Shown one piece after another: positions 25,214 through 38,699 of a stretch of DNA of 64,000 bases; the first letter of the stretch is position 1, and every line of letters starts with the position of its first letter. The notes below the pieces were generated by a model that had not been told where the DNA came from, searched no databases, and saw only the letters and a program-made list of their open reading frames with translations. Source of the DNA: Octopus sinensis (taxonomy: Eukaryota); contig NC_043001.1 of NCBI RefSeq assembly GCF_006345805.1, positions 88,598,001 through 88,662,000 on the forward strand, in the 5' to 3' direction. The translations under genes were made by a program, and so were the position numbers.

Positions 25214-25313
25214 GTAAGTCCAAATAGTGTGATAACTATATCAAGCATTTCACCTTGGCTTTTCCAATTTTCCTTTTTTTTTGTTTTTGTTGTTGTTTTT
25301 CCTGTAGTTTCAG

Positions 25314-25336
25314 GCTATCACACATTAACAGACTGA
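25314..25336 (+). CDS. Candidate short terminal exon (G/S-YHTLTD-stop)
   Basis: A long U tract ends in tandem acceptors cctgtag/tttcag, 6 nt apart and in the same phase. The phase-1 reading stops at 25334-25336. Confidence 0.25.
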
Positions 25337-28220
25337 GCTTAGAGTTAAGGGCATTTGAGCAGTGACAGAACAACTGTGCTAGAGTTTGATGCTGTGTTAT
25401 TATCCCTTGCCCTGCTCAACAAGACACTGCTTTTGTAAGATTAGAAGAGAAATGCAGCAATTTTACAGTACCTGAAGTCAGTGTGTAGTGAAATGATTGA
25501 TGGACATCAGTTATTGGACATCTTTATAGTAGTCATACCATAATTGAAACTCTTTTCTGGTGATTGTTGTCAATGTTAGATTCTGGCACAGTGGAGCTGG
25601 TCTGATTTATAATTATATATTGTTCTATATTTGTCTGTTGAATTGCTAATACTGAATGTTGTAAGTTTTGAAACTAAACAATCTGTCAATCAGTCAAACT
25701 TAAGATGCATATGACATTTCTACCAGTACTGAAAAACACTGCCAAATGCTATAATGGAGATGTTCTTAGCTATCCAGCGCTTGATCACAATGACCATTTG
25801 TGGTTTCTTCTAAGAATTTCTTATACAAATCTGCTTTTTCAGTATTAAAGAAGTATTTATCAAATTCACATTGATATCTTTACTGAAATTATTGACAGTG
25901 CCAATATGACTGACGATGTGATGTGACCAAATTCTTGTAACAGGATTCTTTATGTGTTACACTTTACCATGTTAACAATTAGAGGTCTGTAATTATATAA
26001 TACCAACCTTAGCATTGGTGAGATGATTGATAACCTTTTTACACAATTTCTGTTCAGTTTAGACTGCAGTATCTTGGTGATAACTATTCCTCCTAGAACC
26101 AGATATTATTTTAGCAGCAGACCTCGAAAATGTTATAAAGTAGGGTCAGCTATCATTATGCTAGCATCTACTCAGGAAAACATTATCCAAAAGTCTGTTT
26201 TATACCCTTTTGGATCACAAAACTTCTGCAACTGTTTCTTTCTTCAGCTTTGCTCTTCTCTGAGACCTGTTGAATTAGTTGTGTCTGTTCTCTCCAGTGT
26301 AATATAGTAATGGCAGATCAGGAAAGATAGTTTCACAGTCTTTTTGATACCTCTTAGTATTCCCATTCAAGTGACCAGCCAACAGGATTGTATATGTTGA
26401 CCATACAGGTAACTGAAAATTTGTCATTATGACTATAAGTTCATTTATTATTGCCTGTGTTGAGTATGAACATATACCCTGATAACTAACCTGATATGAA
26501 GTTCCTTAGAGAAGAATATCATCTCATAACTATATTTATGTCAATGCCTCTAATTAAAGCTTTACTTAGAAACCTGATTTTGGGGGTAAATATTAAATAA
26601 AACAGAAAATCCTTGCTAAATATCTGAGGATGATCTTGAATACTCCAGAGTGTTGCAAAAGTATGCTACTAAACTTCTAACCATTCATAGACAAGGATTT
26701 TCAGTCAGTTATGGTCTGTTTAATTCCTTTAAAAGAAAGATCCAGTATTTCAGTCATTCCTACTAAAAGAATTTGTTATCTCAAATTATTTTTGGATTAT
26801 ACTTTGGTTGAGGCCATACTTGATTAAGATTTTACATTGCTGTACTGTCAATCTCTCAACTCACTTAGTCAGCTTTAACTTCACTTTTCATTAGAAAAAT
26901 CTCTACTGTAGCTTCACTTGCAAAATATACATATACCTACCTTTTGCCACAAATATCATTGCCCTAATTGCCTCTGATGCCTTTTGTTTACGTTCTCAAT
27001 TATTTCAGTTTGATTTCCTAAATGTTGGCTGTTGCTTTTTACCAATGGTTTCTATTTTATATTTAATACTACTTCTATCATGTCTATCTTATTTGAGAGG
27101 AATTGACTTGACTCTTTGTTTATATAATAAACAATACAATATCAAATGTGTAAATTAACGAGCTACCTGTTTTTTTTTCTTTTCTTTTTCTTTTCTTTAT
27201 CTTTCATCCTTGTTAGGAACAGTGTTTGAGACAACTATGTCTCTAACAATTTTTTGTATAATTCTTTCCGAAATTCTAAATCACTGACTTCATGTCCTGT
27301 AGTATAACTAATGTTTCTAACATAAAGCAGCATGATAGCAAAATTAATTCATTAGCTGGTCAGAATTGAAGCTTAGCTATTGCTACGGTCTTCCCAAGAT
27401 TTTTTTTTTAAGACAAAGAAATCTCATTTGGCCTATAATTAATTTTTATAGAATAAAACTATTAAATTACATAAAAAATACTTATGGCAGTTCCCTTAGA
27501 TGAAAGATAGTATGTGTATAATAAACATAAAAATATTTTTTCTATGAGAATTCCCTACTTATTTTATTGTTTTCTTTCACTTGCCTGGTATTTCTATAGC
27601 CATACTAGTATGGACAGGATGGATTTTTAGGGGATGGGGAGCAGTTTTTCTATAGCTCACCAATGAACCACTCAGCAATGAAGTAGACATGGAACCTCTC
27701 ACTAGTCAGTTAGACTGAAGCAAGCAGAATTTATATATCCTAGCTTCACAAAAACAGTGGTTGTATTCATTAGATGTTAACTACAAGTAATTAGTAGTCT
27801 GTTGTGTTATTCTAGCTGTCTATTTTAAAATATAAGCTGGCATTTTTCAATCACCAGAAGGAAATGATGAATTAATGAGAAATAAATTTATTTTGGCTTT
27901 TGCACTAAAATCACAAAAGTTAATTTCACCAGTTTCTACCATTATCTTCTGCTTGTATTTCATTAAAGTCTGTTTTTGGTGACAAATATTTTCAGATTTC
28001 TTTTTGTTTTTGCAATGACACTTGTTTGTCTTGCTATTTGAGCAACAACTAGCCTAACTTCAATGGTAAAGTTTTTAACCTGCTCCTCTTTTATTTGACC
28101 AACAGACTACATGCTACTTAGCACCAGCAACAGTTATGTCAGTTGATCAGCACTAACATGATATATAAATATATAAATAGTAATAAACACCAACATTATA
28201 TATACATATATATATACACA

Positions 28221-28284
<64 letters not shown>

Positions 28285-28411
28285 TTTATTGATAAAGCTG
28301 CAGAAACATTACAAAAACTGTTTCATGTTCCCATTTGTTGGACAGTTTTGGTTCAGAACATGAAACTCTGAGTAACAGTTTTTGTGATATCTTTGCAGCT
28401 TTATTAATAAA
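28285..28411. repeat. Imperfect foldback hairpin (arms about 45-55 nt)
   Basis: tttattgataaagctgca..acaaaaactgtt..tcatgttc is mirrored by gaacatga..aacagtttttgt..tgcagctttattaataaa. Confidence 0.85.
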
Positions 28412-30925
28412 GCATATTACTCTATTTCCTGTATTCGAATGCTATTTTTTCCACCTTGTTTCACATTTATGTGCTTTCCTTGGTATACATACCTACATAT
28501 ATATATATATATATGTATATATAAGATAACATCAATAGGATATACATGCTAGTTTGCCTTTCCAACATATGTATCGACAAAGTTTTGATAATATAGAAAC
28601 ACTTTAAACAGCCCTTCATAGAAATATAATTAAGGAAGAGTTAACAGTAGTTCCTAACAATATATTAATGCAGATAATGTTAAGAAATTCTGACCTTAAC
28701 TGCCATTGTGATCACTTAATTTCCATTTTAACTCCATGTGTGGGCTGGTGTGTATATGTGTGAGGGGGTCTGAATAACATTTACTAACAACATGAGACTG
28801 TTTTGTTATGATTGCTATTGATTTGACACTCTATCTTAAACTAGTGTTTTCTTTCTTTTGTGTTTTTCTTAATTTGACATAAATTTCTTCATAATAACTT
28901 GTCTGTTCAATTTTACAGTTCCTCCATCAAATATAATTGGTTTACTCTTCATTGTGATGGAAATGTTTTCAACCACCCACAAACATAGACACACATAATT
29001 TTATCTTCAGCTTATTTGTCACAGAACACCTGTAAACATTGATACTATTTTCAGTAAAGTTTCAAGAAAATTTTAGTTAAAATTATGCTGAATATTTATT
29101 GTAAATCATCGTCTTGATATTGGAGATGTGCGATTGAATAGACAGTTCTATTAATTTATCATATATAGTTGTTTTGCTCTTGAATAATTTAGACTTGTTT
29201 GCATTTTGAGTTATCACTCATCTAATCTATGCTAATCAAAAGGAGGTAATTAGGTCAGAGAAAAATTTGATTAAGGATAATTTAATTTATTTAGTCCACT
29301 GAAATATTCTTTCTGTTGTTTGAATTATAAAGAGATCTGTTCTTCTGGCCGTGACCTTTGCGCCAATATGATTGCAGCTGACATCATGTAACTCTTCTCA
29401 GATGCCCTGCTACATGTCTTGTTTTTCAGACTCAGACTAAGTACACCCAATAAGCATTGTATTGCACTTTTATCATTTTCCTGGGGTCTGTAAAATGGCT
29501 ATGGCTTCTATATTATTGTGGTGAAATAATTCACATTAGAAATGATTCCAGTAAAACAGCAACTTTATAAGTCAACAAGGGTGCTATATGGTCCCTCAAC
29601 CAGCTAGAAATAAAAGCCAAATCTTCCTTAAGCACACAAAACATTATGTAGTCCTTGATACATTTATATATAAATAAAGGATGAGATGGTTGCTGCTAGG
29701 ATACCTTTTATGGTAGGTCTCCTGGATCTGCTGAATTAGTATTAAACAAAAGCAATTACAGTTACTTGAAACTGTCTGTGTAGCTATTGGAATTCTCAAA
29801 ATTATCCAACCTCTTTACATGAGAAGAAACTGGATGTCAATATAGAACAAAATTTTGTTTTTAAGAATTATAGACAACTTTGGTGAAATGAATATTTGTT
29901 TTCTTTTCTCTGAGTAACTAAGGATGTAGTTATCTACATAGAAATAACTACAATCATTATGGATTGAATGAAAAATATATGGTGTGAAATTTATAGAAAA
30001 TTATGGTTTCCTTGGCTGGATAACAAATATTAGGTTATGGAAATATTCTATAATTGATGAAAATGATAATTTTTCTGATTATTTCTAAACTAGGGATAAT
30101 ATCTTTATCTACTAGGCCACTGGTGCATGTACTTAGTGGATAAGGACATTATTTAAGAAATGAGGATCTTAGTTTAAATCAAGTCTCGGATAGAGTTTAG
30201 AGATCCAGGAATAAGATATTTGATGATAATGGTTAAATCATGATATAGGTATAAATATTGTAAAGATGAGGTTAATAGTCCAGAGAATTATAATCTTAAT
30301 TACAACCCATTTCAGTCATTTAGACATTCTTTAAATGAATTAACTGAATATTTACAAATCATCAAATTATATTAATTAAAATATACCATATAGCTCAAGC
30401 TTGTCAGATTTTAAAAAATGGATGCAAGCCAGTTAAATCCAACTGTATCATCACAGCTGTTTAAGAAATACCTTGCATTACAAAATATTGTAGAACAGAG
30501 CAGCTAATTACATCCAGTTAGCATATCTTTTGTTACACTAATAATAGTTTTGAACTTAGATATTTAGTTATGTCTGTTGATATTTCAGTAAACCCTAACC
30601 AGACTCTTATATTATACTGTTCCAATACTGCAACAATCACATGAGTATATTAGCTGTTACTTAAATTCTATGAAGTATGTCACTAAAATTTATTTAACAT
30701 ATAACATCTCCTTTTGTTAGTATTCTTATTTTGGTGAGTGATGTTTAAGTCTTTTGCAATCTAGCTAACCTTGACCACCTTTTGTGGATATAGTGTGTAA
30801 GGGTTGCGTTTAAGTTTAATTTCACTGAGAACTTTAATTATTAGCATCTGACTTTCTTTTCGTTTTCTTCAAACTGAGATTGTTTTACTTAAATATTTTA
30901 GTTACCTGATATTTGCCACTTGTTG

Positions 30926-30970
30926 TTACTACTACTACTACTGCTACTACTACTACTACTACTTCTACTA
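30926..30970. repeat. (CTA)n microsatellite
   Basis: Direct reading. It explains the poly-Leu ORF. Confidence 0.95.
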
Positions 30971-31237
30971 CTGTTTCCTGAGCCTCTCTTAATTTCTATT
31001 TTTTTATTGTATTTTAAATGTAATGTCTCTATAACTTGTTTAGATAATTCAGTTCTGTACAGTGACTTGTCAACTGTTTTCTCCTATCTCAATTATTTAA
31101 TTTCCACAAAAATCTACTATATGGCATGTTACATACTGAAACATTACAAACTAATACATTTCTTTTCAAATATTCTGCACTTCTTTAAATATCAACATTT
31201 CAATAAAAAGCAAAAACATGTTACTGTGAACATATGC

Positions 31238-31270
<33 letters not shown>

Positions 31271-31506
31271 TATATATATATAATAATGTTCAGCATGTTA
31301 TTGTTAAATATCTTAAATTTCTTACAAAATAATTTGTCTTCTCTGTAAATTAATCTGTTGATAATAAGCTGTCACTCTGAAAAGATATTTTCATTTAAAG
31401 TTTCATGCAATTTTATTTCCCTGTTCTCAATGTAATCTGTACTCTTCATCAGTTTTAAGATAGGTTTCATTGTGTGCGCATACATATACATACATACATA
31501 CATATA

Positions 31507-31548
<42 letters not shown>

Positions 31549-32419
31549 TAGATAGATAGATAGATATATATATATATAGATGTTATGTAATTAGAGATAT
31601 CTTTTCAAACTCTATGCTCTTTTCTAGTACCGTCACCTTGAAATGATTTCTCAGCTTTGCAACTGTCTTATACCAATATTATATATATATTTTTTTGTAG
31701 TAAATATACCTGATATACAGAATAACTCTGATTAACAAATGCATTAATAAGAAAAAATAATTTCTAAATTTAAAAGAATGAATTATTAATTTAACAATTT
31801 AAATTTCAATTAATTCTGCCATATTTGTTTTCATTAAAATCAATCTTTCCTAATTTCATAATATTTACATTTTAATAACTTATTTCCAGAGTGTGACCTA
31901 ACATGTTTTAAAATTAAAACGTCATTCACTTTGCTTAACCTTTAGTATTCTAAACAACTGCCTACACCAACAATGCTATATTATTATTGATATTAATTCT
32001 GCAGTAGTTGTAAACACTCAAATCTGACTACTTTACAAATACATACGACTCTGGGAGGTGAAAATTCAGTTTATATTTCATTGACAGCATGGTTTGTCAT
32101 AAGTAGTACAGCATAAACATGTCAACCATAGTTGCTTGGAGCATGCTTAAAAGTTAATTTACCTTTATTTGAGATTCCATACAGAATATACAATTCAGCA
32201 AAAAGGTGTCATTTTGTTGGCTTCTTAAATTATGTAACTGAAAACACCCTCTAAAAATTTATTTACAGTATTTTTTAATAACAGAAGGTTCTGTAAGCTT
32301 TATTAGGTAAACCACCAATCACTTATTTTTGAAATTGTTTAAATAAATCAAGTACAAAGAGTGTGTGTGTGTGTGCACATGTGTATGGATGGAGATATAG
32401 ATATGTCTGTATATATGTA

Positions 32420-32478
<59 letters not shown>

Positions 32479-33598
32479 TCACACACATGTATACATCTCT
32501 CTCCCTCTGTGTATATGTGTGTATATATATATATATACATATATATATATGATGTGTGCGTGTGTATTTTTATATGTATTCATTCATTTTTAGGTTTGTT
32601 TTTCTATGCTAGCATGGGTTACAGGAATATATTATTAAGGCATTATTTTATAGCTGGATGTTCTTCCATTTATTTACCCATACTTCTCTCACAAGTATGT
32701 GATATCATATTCTACACATCTTGAAAGGTACTAAACCAGTGTACAACCTGTTGACAGGGAAAATGACAATTATGTTACCACCCACGGAAGTGCAAGTATA
32801 AACAAACACATAGGCATATACATGTTCGCACGCGCGCACACACACACATATAATCACATATATATGATGGGCTTCTTTCAGTTTCTGTTTGCCAAATCCA
32901 TTGAGAAAGCCTTGGTCAGCTTGGGGTTATGCTAGAAAGCACCTGCTTGAGCTGTTGAACAGTTGGGCTGAATCTGAAATCATTGAACCTCTTAACCACA
33001 CCTGTAACTATTATATGTCTATATATATTTTTATTATTTTTAATCATCAGAAAGTTCCAAAAGTGACTTGACAACCAAAGGTTTCGTCTCATGCCCTTGA
33101 GTCACTTTTAGCCCTTGTGTGACTTTTGTAAGTTTCTGCTGATTAAAAATGATACACACACACACATATAGCAAAGGGATAGAGATTTAGGAAATCTAAG
33201 TGAGTATCTCAGTTAGCACTCCATGTGAAATCCAATCTAACAGAATGTATAGGAAGGAAAATTAGAATTAGTATTTCATTTATCCAAAAGATGCATACAA
33301 ATTTGAAATCCAAGGAAATATACTAATTATGAGATTGGTGCATCCCTCACAGACTGTAAACATAGACAAAAGAATACAAATGACAGTATCACATTTATTA
33401 ACCAGTTACAACCATTTCAATAATTAGTGATATTGTTACATCAATCAACATGCTAGTTTATGCAAATAAAGAACATTTGTGTAAAACTATACAAATATTA
33501 AATGAAATTTTCCACATATCATTTCAGAAGCATTTGTATGTGTTTGTGTATAGAGATAGATACACACACACATATGTGTTTGTGTGTGTGTGTGTGTA

Positions 33599-33645
<47 letters not shown>

Positions 33646-34430
33646 TATTACATTATGAGCATTTCAACCCCATAGGCTTCTTTTTGTGTATGTGCTAGTG
33701 TAGTTTTCTGATATTTAATCAATATGATGGCTGAACCTTTAAGCAAAAAAGTGAAGATATCCTTTCCAAAACTATCTCTTAAGCCTTTAACATCCAGATT
33801 AATTTATCAAATGTAATGCTTATTTATTCACATTTTAAAAAATTAATCATGTGCCACCTTGTATGTTCAAGATTTTGAAGATGTAATCTTTTATGTTTAG
33901 AATGACATTGTAAGGTAGGTGAGAGAGGCTGGATCTGGCCAGTTTGAACAAAAACAGGTAGAGCATTTGGGACAGATATAGCCAGTTTAAAAGCTAAAGA
34001 ATTAAAGCAAAGTATTATCATAATAATGTACTTCTACCAAAATATTAAAGTATCTAAGAACAAAATAAATAAAGCAGATCGCTTGTATCAGGTTAACAGA
34101 AATATTTTTGATTTTGTTAAATGAAATATAGTTAACTATCATATTCTACAACTCCTAAGATAACACAGACCATAACCTCCCCTAACTCAACCAAAGTATA
34201 TAAAAATAATAGTATTAAACCTTGGGAAAATTCCAGTAGTGCCTATAAATCTGAATGTAATTGTCTTATCACTTCCAACTGCTTGAAAAAAATATAGTAG
34301 TTTACCAAGGCAATGTAACCCAAGCTCTTCAAATAAGGTGTATATTGACCTACCTCATGGCAAATTAAAGTCTCAATACAGCCAATATCTTTATTCATCA
34401 GAGTAAAATGATGCAACTGTTAATAATAAT

Positions 34431-34890
34431 GATAATCCTTTCTACTATAGGCACAGGGCCTGAAATTTTGGGGGAGGGAACTAGTCAGTTACATCGACCC
34501 CAGTATTTCACTGGTATTTAATTTATCAATCCCGAAAGGATCGCAAGCATAGTCAACCTTGGCAAAATTTGTACTCAGAATGTAGTGACAGACGAAATAC
34601 TGCTAAGCATTTTGGCTGGCATGCTAACAATTCTACAAGCTTGCTGCCTTTATAATAATAATAATAATGATAATAATAATAATAATAATAGCTATTATTT
34701 CTAATATGAGCACAAGGCTAGCATTTCAACATGAGCTAGCTAATACTATTGACCCCAGGATTTGACTGGTACTTTATTGATCACAAAATGATGAAGGACA
34801 ATGCTTTTGAAATCATCACTCAGAACATATACAATAATGAATCTTTTCCATTGTCCTAATGATTCTGCCGTTTTGCTGCCTTAATAATAG
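34431..34890 (-). mobile_element. Two head-to-tail SINE copies joined through (TAA)n tails
   Basis: The reverse complement of ctgagttcaaat...tttcatcctttcggg..gataaattaa.taccag...tactggggtcgatgta..gact...ggccttgtgcctatagtagaaaggattatt is seen twice. Confidence 0.75.
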
Positions 34891-36296
34891 TAATGTGTTA
34901 ATGATTCTAGTGGTGATCAGAGCACTGGGCTGCATATTGGACATTTTTAAGGACTAGGTAAATAAAATCAGAACTGCTGCAAAGAGAGCACTTCTTGGTA
35001 CAGTAAGGATATTAGGGAAAGTCTTGTCTATGTAAGGCACAGGAGAGGAAGCAGTAAAGGACCTTTGTCAATTTGTTGACTGCCACTTAACTGAAATGTC
35101 TGAACCATTTAGCATCTAAGTTGCTCTGAAATTTACAAAAATGAAACTAATAAAATAATGGCAACAAAAAAGATATCTATGCTCATATTAAATATAAATT
35201 TATTGGCACTCATATCAAGTATTATTGTTGTACAATGGTATTCTATATAATGATGTACTGTATGTTAAGATGCTGCAGTACAGTGCTCTGTGGTATGCTG
35301 ATTAGATTAACCTCCTGGATTTTGATAGAATTTATAATTCAGCTAAGTTCAGTAAATTGCATGCTTGCAAGCTGGTACTATCTCAGATTTTTAAAATTAA
35401 AACGTACTTTTGCTAAGAGGATATATGATGCTTCTTCTAAACATGAAATATATTGTATTCCTGGTGTAGCCATAGCTAGAATTTTCCACTGGAGGTTGTA
35501 TTCTATATTAGTTTCTTTCAAGTGCAGAGATTGCTTGATATCTCACTTGTATTATTCTGTATTCTTCTATTACAGCTCTCCTTAAAGTATTAATTTACTA
35601 TCATTATTACTGTTGATAAAACCAGAGATATTGTGCAAAATCTACATAAACTTTCTTTTCCCTTACAAATATAGTCATAGCTACCATCAATGTTATCATT
35701 ATTATCATATTAATCTAACTGAGCAAACAGAATACCTTATAAGGTAGGCATTACTCTTAAATAAAACCGATATACGATTAATTCAATCCACCTATTAGGC
35801 CACATAAAGATAAAAAAATCATATACATCATTTCTAATTAAAGATTCAATTGATTAGAGTGTAGTTACTTCCCTTCAGCCATGTTTGAAATGCATTGCAT
35901 AGATAGCCATTTTGACCTGATACAATTGATCTAATTTCTATGTACTTTATTCTTAACATTCTTATAGATGCACATTATTATAATAAAACTTCTCTTTTAA
36001 GAGACAGTATTGGTTGTGGGCATTTTACTTTGAGGCTGAGGAGGTCAGCTATCGTACAATATAAATATACAAAAATAATTCCTTGAATCACATGTTATTC
36101 TTGATAAAATTACAACGTTGAAATGAACATACTGTAACATCTTGAATACAAAACCTGAAAATCTACATTTGCTTCATATATTGAGTAGTAAAGTTGCAAG
36201 AAATCTACTTCAGTTGAGCCTATCAACAAAGACCAAATGCATGTCTATTTCTTTATATGTGTGTGTGTGTGTCTGTGTGCATGTATTGCTTTATAT

Positions 36297-36665
36297 GTTC
36301 CAGCCCAAAGGCTGTGGCAATGCTAGGTCACTGCCATTAACATCATCATTTCAAAAGCTATTCTCATGTGGTTAGCTTGTGATGAATTACTAAGTTTGAT
36401 ATTGCTGCCCACATTTCAGTTTCTTGCTGTGATATAGGCTCATTTGGGATCTTCAAGTGCAGAAGGTCATGGTGCTTCTTGAAAGCTTCTATCTCCATTC
36501 CATGTAGATCCCCTGGGTTCTTTGACCGGATATTAAACAATTGTTGGCTCTTGAATACCAAGCTATTGTGCAGTACTTGGCCCTTACTCTAGATGGAGTG
36601 GTGAGGATCTTTGTACACTGTAGTAACATCCTGTTTGGGGTTTGGTATAAGTCTTGATGCCAAAG
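36297..36665 (-). mobile_element. Old 3' fragment of the same CR1 family as 7223-10330
   Basis: QQLFNIRSKNPGDLHGMEIEAFKK..IPNEPISQQE aligns with LFNILPKNLRDLHGVDADVFK..IPDEPTSRQE. The 3' UTR gctgtggc.atgct.g..cac.gcc is shared. Confidence 0.8.
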
Positions 36666-36844
36666 TGTGTATGTATATATATGCTCACAGGTGTGTATGT
36701 ATACATACAGATAGATAGATACATACATACATATGTACATATGTAGATACATACATACATAGATATGTACGTACATACATACATACGAATGCATGTATAT
36801 TTAGAATAGTGAAAAGGCAAAGATTTCAGAGATGCATCATTTCA

Positions 36845-36990
36845 TTCTAAATTCTACAGCTGTTTCAGCAGCAAAATCACAAACATCATTCATATAGTTA
36901 CATCATTACTATATAGAATCAATAATAAATATATAAAAGTACATAATTTATTTAAATGTATTGTATAAACCATTTCATCAGGGATTAAGA
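36845..36990 (-). ncRNA. Hammerhead-like motif with intact CUGAUGA and GAAAC-agct-GUA, expanded or degenerate stem II
   Basis: Minus strand: tcttaatcc-CTGATGA-aatgg...(about 105 nt)...GAAACAGCTGTA-gaatttaga. Stem I pairs at 7 of 9 positions. Confidence 0.4.
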
Positions 36991-37024
36991 ATGAAATATA
37001 TATTTTAATTTTAGATATTTCGTT

Positions 37025-37147
37025 TTTCTCTCCTGATGGAATATCTTGTTTATCAATTTTGAATTAAGGATGTATTTGTTATATCTTAAGTAATATATGA
37101 TCGATGATATTTTATATGTTTGTCATTGAAACAGCTGTAGAGTGAAA
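37025..37147 (+). ncRNA. Hammerhead-like motif (type I topology) on the CaMKII sense strand
   Basis: Stem I tttctctc/gagtgaaa (7/8), core CTGATGG (A9 to G), insert of about 88 nt, then GAAAC-AGCT-GTA. Confidence 0.4.
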
Positions 37148-37385
37148 TTATAAAAGAATCTATGTAATTTTTGCTTCTTCCTCTTTTGAACTTGTTGCTC
37201 CGGACATTCATTTTAGCCAATTTTTATATATATGTGAATACATTCCACTTATGGGTATTGCATTATAATAATAAACTGGGTTAACAATAGATTAATAAGT
37301 GGGCTCTTAAATTCAGTAAATATATTTTATAGCACTTAGGCACTATTTTGATATATTAGTTATATATTATCACATATATATTTGC

Positions 37386-37437
<52 letters not shown>

Positions 37438-37501
37438 ATGTATTTACCTATAAATGGCCATTTACATATGTATATAATTGTGTATGTATATGTACCTATC
37501 T

Positions 37502-37549
<48 letters not shown>

Positions 37550-37559
37550 ATACACACGC

Positions 37560-37760
37560 ATATTTAATGTTCTTGTTTCTCCATGCTGGCATTAGTTGGA
37601 TGGTTCAACAGGATCTGATGGGTTAGAGGACTATGTTGAACTCCAGCATCTGCTTTGACATAATTTCTATGGCTGAATGTACTTTCTAATGCCAACTATT
37701 CTACAATATGCACTGGATGTGTTTTTCATGGCACCATCACAAGTTAGGTCACCAAGTAAG
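37560..37760 (-). mobile_element. RTE-type 3' tail
   Basis: tttaatgttcttgtttctccatgctggcattagttggatgg... is the reverse complement of the family tail. Confidence 0.65.
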
Positions 37761-38382
37761 TTGCAAGACATGAACTCTCAACAATGTTGGGGTGCAGTAT
37801 TAATTGTTGAGAGACTGAAGTTAAATTGAAGGACAGGATCAGGTGTCTAACTGTACAGGAGTTGCGTAGCTACACATCACTAGAAAGGGAGAAAGGATGG
37901 GGGAGATGAAATGCCAGGGTGTCCCCTCAATGTGCAAGAAGGTGGATAAAGAGAATAGGGAGAGAGAATCAAGAACCAAGGATAGCTGCATTGGTAGGTT
38001 TATGAGAGTGACAGATAGTAGAGATTAGAATGGAAGAGAATTTGGTGAATGGCGAGCATCGGTGAAAGCATGGTCAGTGGTGAATCTCAGTATAGGTGAG
38101 GGTAAAAGAAACAGGAATGGGTCAGAGAGAAGCAGATGAATTAGGGGCAATACATAAAAGGGAGAGAGCTACAGTACAATAAAAGAGTTGATGTGAAATA
38201 GGAAGATCAGGTGAGGCATAGTGAGATGTATGTACATATATGTGCATGTTTATAAATTTCTCTATGTATGTATTATAAGGAGTGATGTAGCCAAGTCATT
38301 AGAACACCAGATAGATAGCCTTCTTGTAATCCTCATGCTAAGTTCAATACCTGGTGTAATCAATTTTACCTTTTGTGGAGTT

Positions 38383-38386
<4 letters not shown>

Positions 38387-38448
<62 letters not shown>

Positions 38449-38449
38449 T
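38387..38449. repeat. (CT)n microsatellite
   Basis: Direct reading. Confidence 0.95.
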
Positions 38450-38699
38450 CAAATTGGCTGTGTCAGTCAGTCCTGGAAAGGAGAATGTAATTATATGACT
38501 ACATAAAATGTTGAGAGCCTAGGTTAAGATTTATACTTCTGTCCATGTAAGTGTCCCTGCATGCACATATCTCTACATATATGTATATGCAGTTTCATAA
38601 ACATTTGTTTGTGTGTACAAGCAAGAAAGTTTATATACAAAGATTTTGCATATTCAAAGTTATGCAAAATTCAGCTTTCCACCTTTATCTGACAGCAGG

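Noticed and set aside
28919-28939. 21-nt phase 1-1 candidate (PPSNII)
   Set aside because: The donor GTTTAC is very weak and there is no other support.
30721-30733. tag|13 nt|GTGAGT microexon-like site
   Set aside because: Not frame-preserving, U-rich like intron sequence, and no partner exon was identified.
30920-31348. 142-aa ORF with a poly-Leu signal-peptide look
   Set aside because: Produced by the (CTA)n and (TA)n microsatellites, with a non-ATG start.
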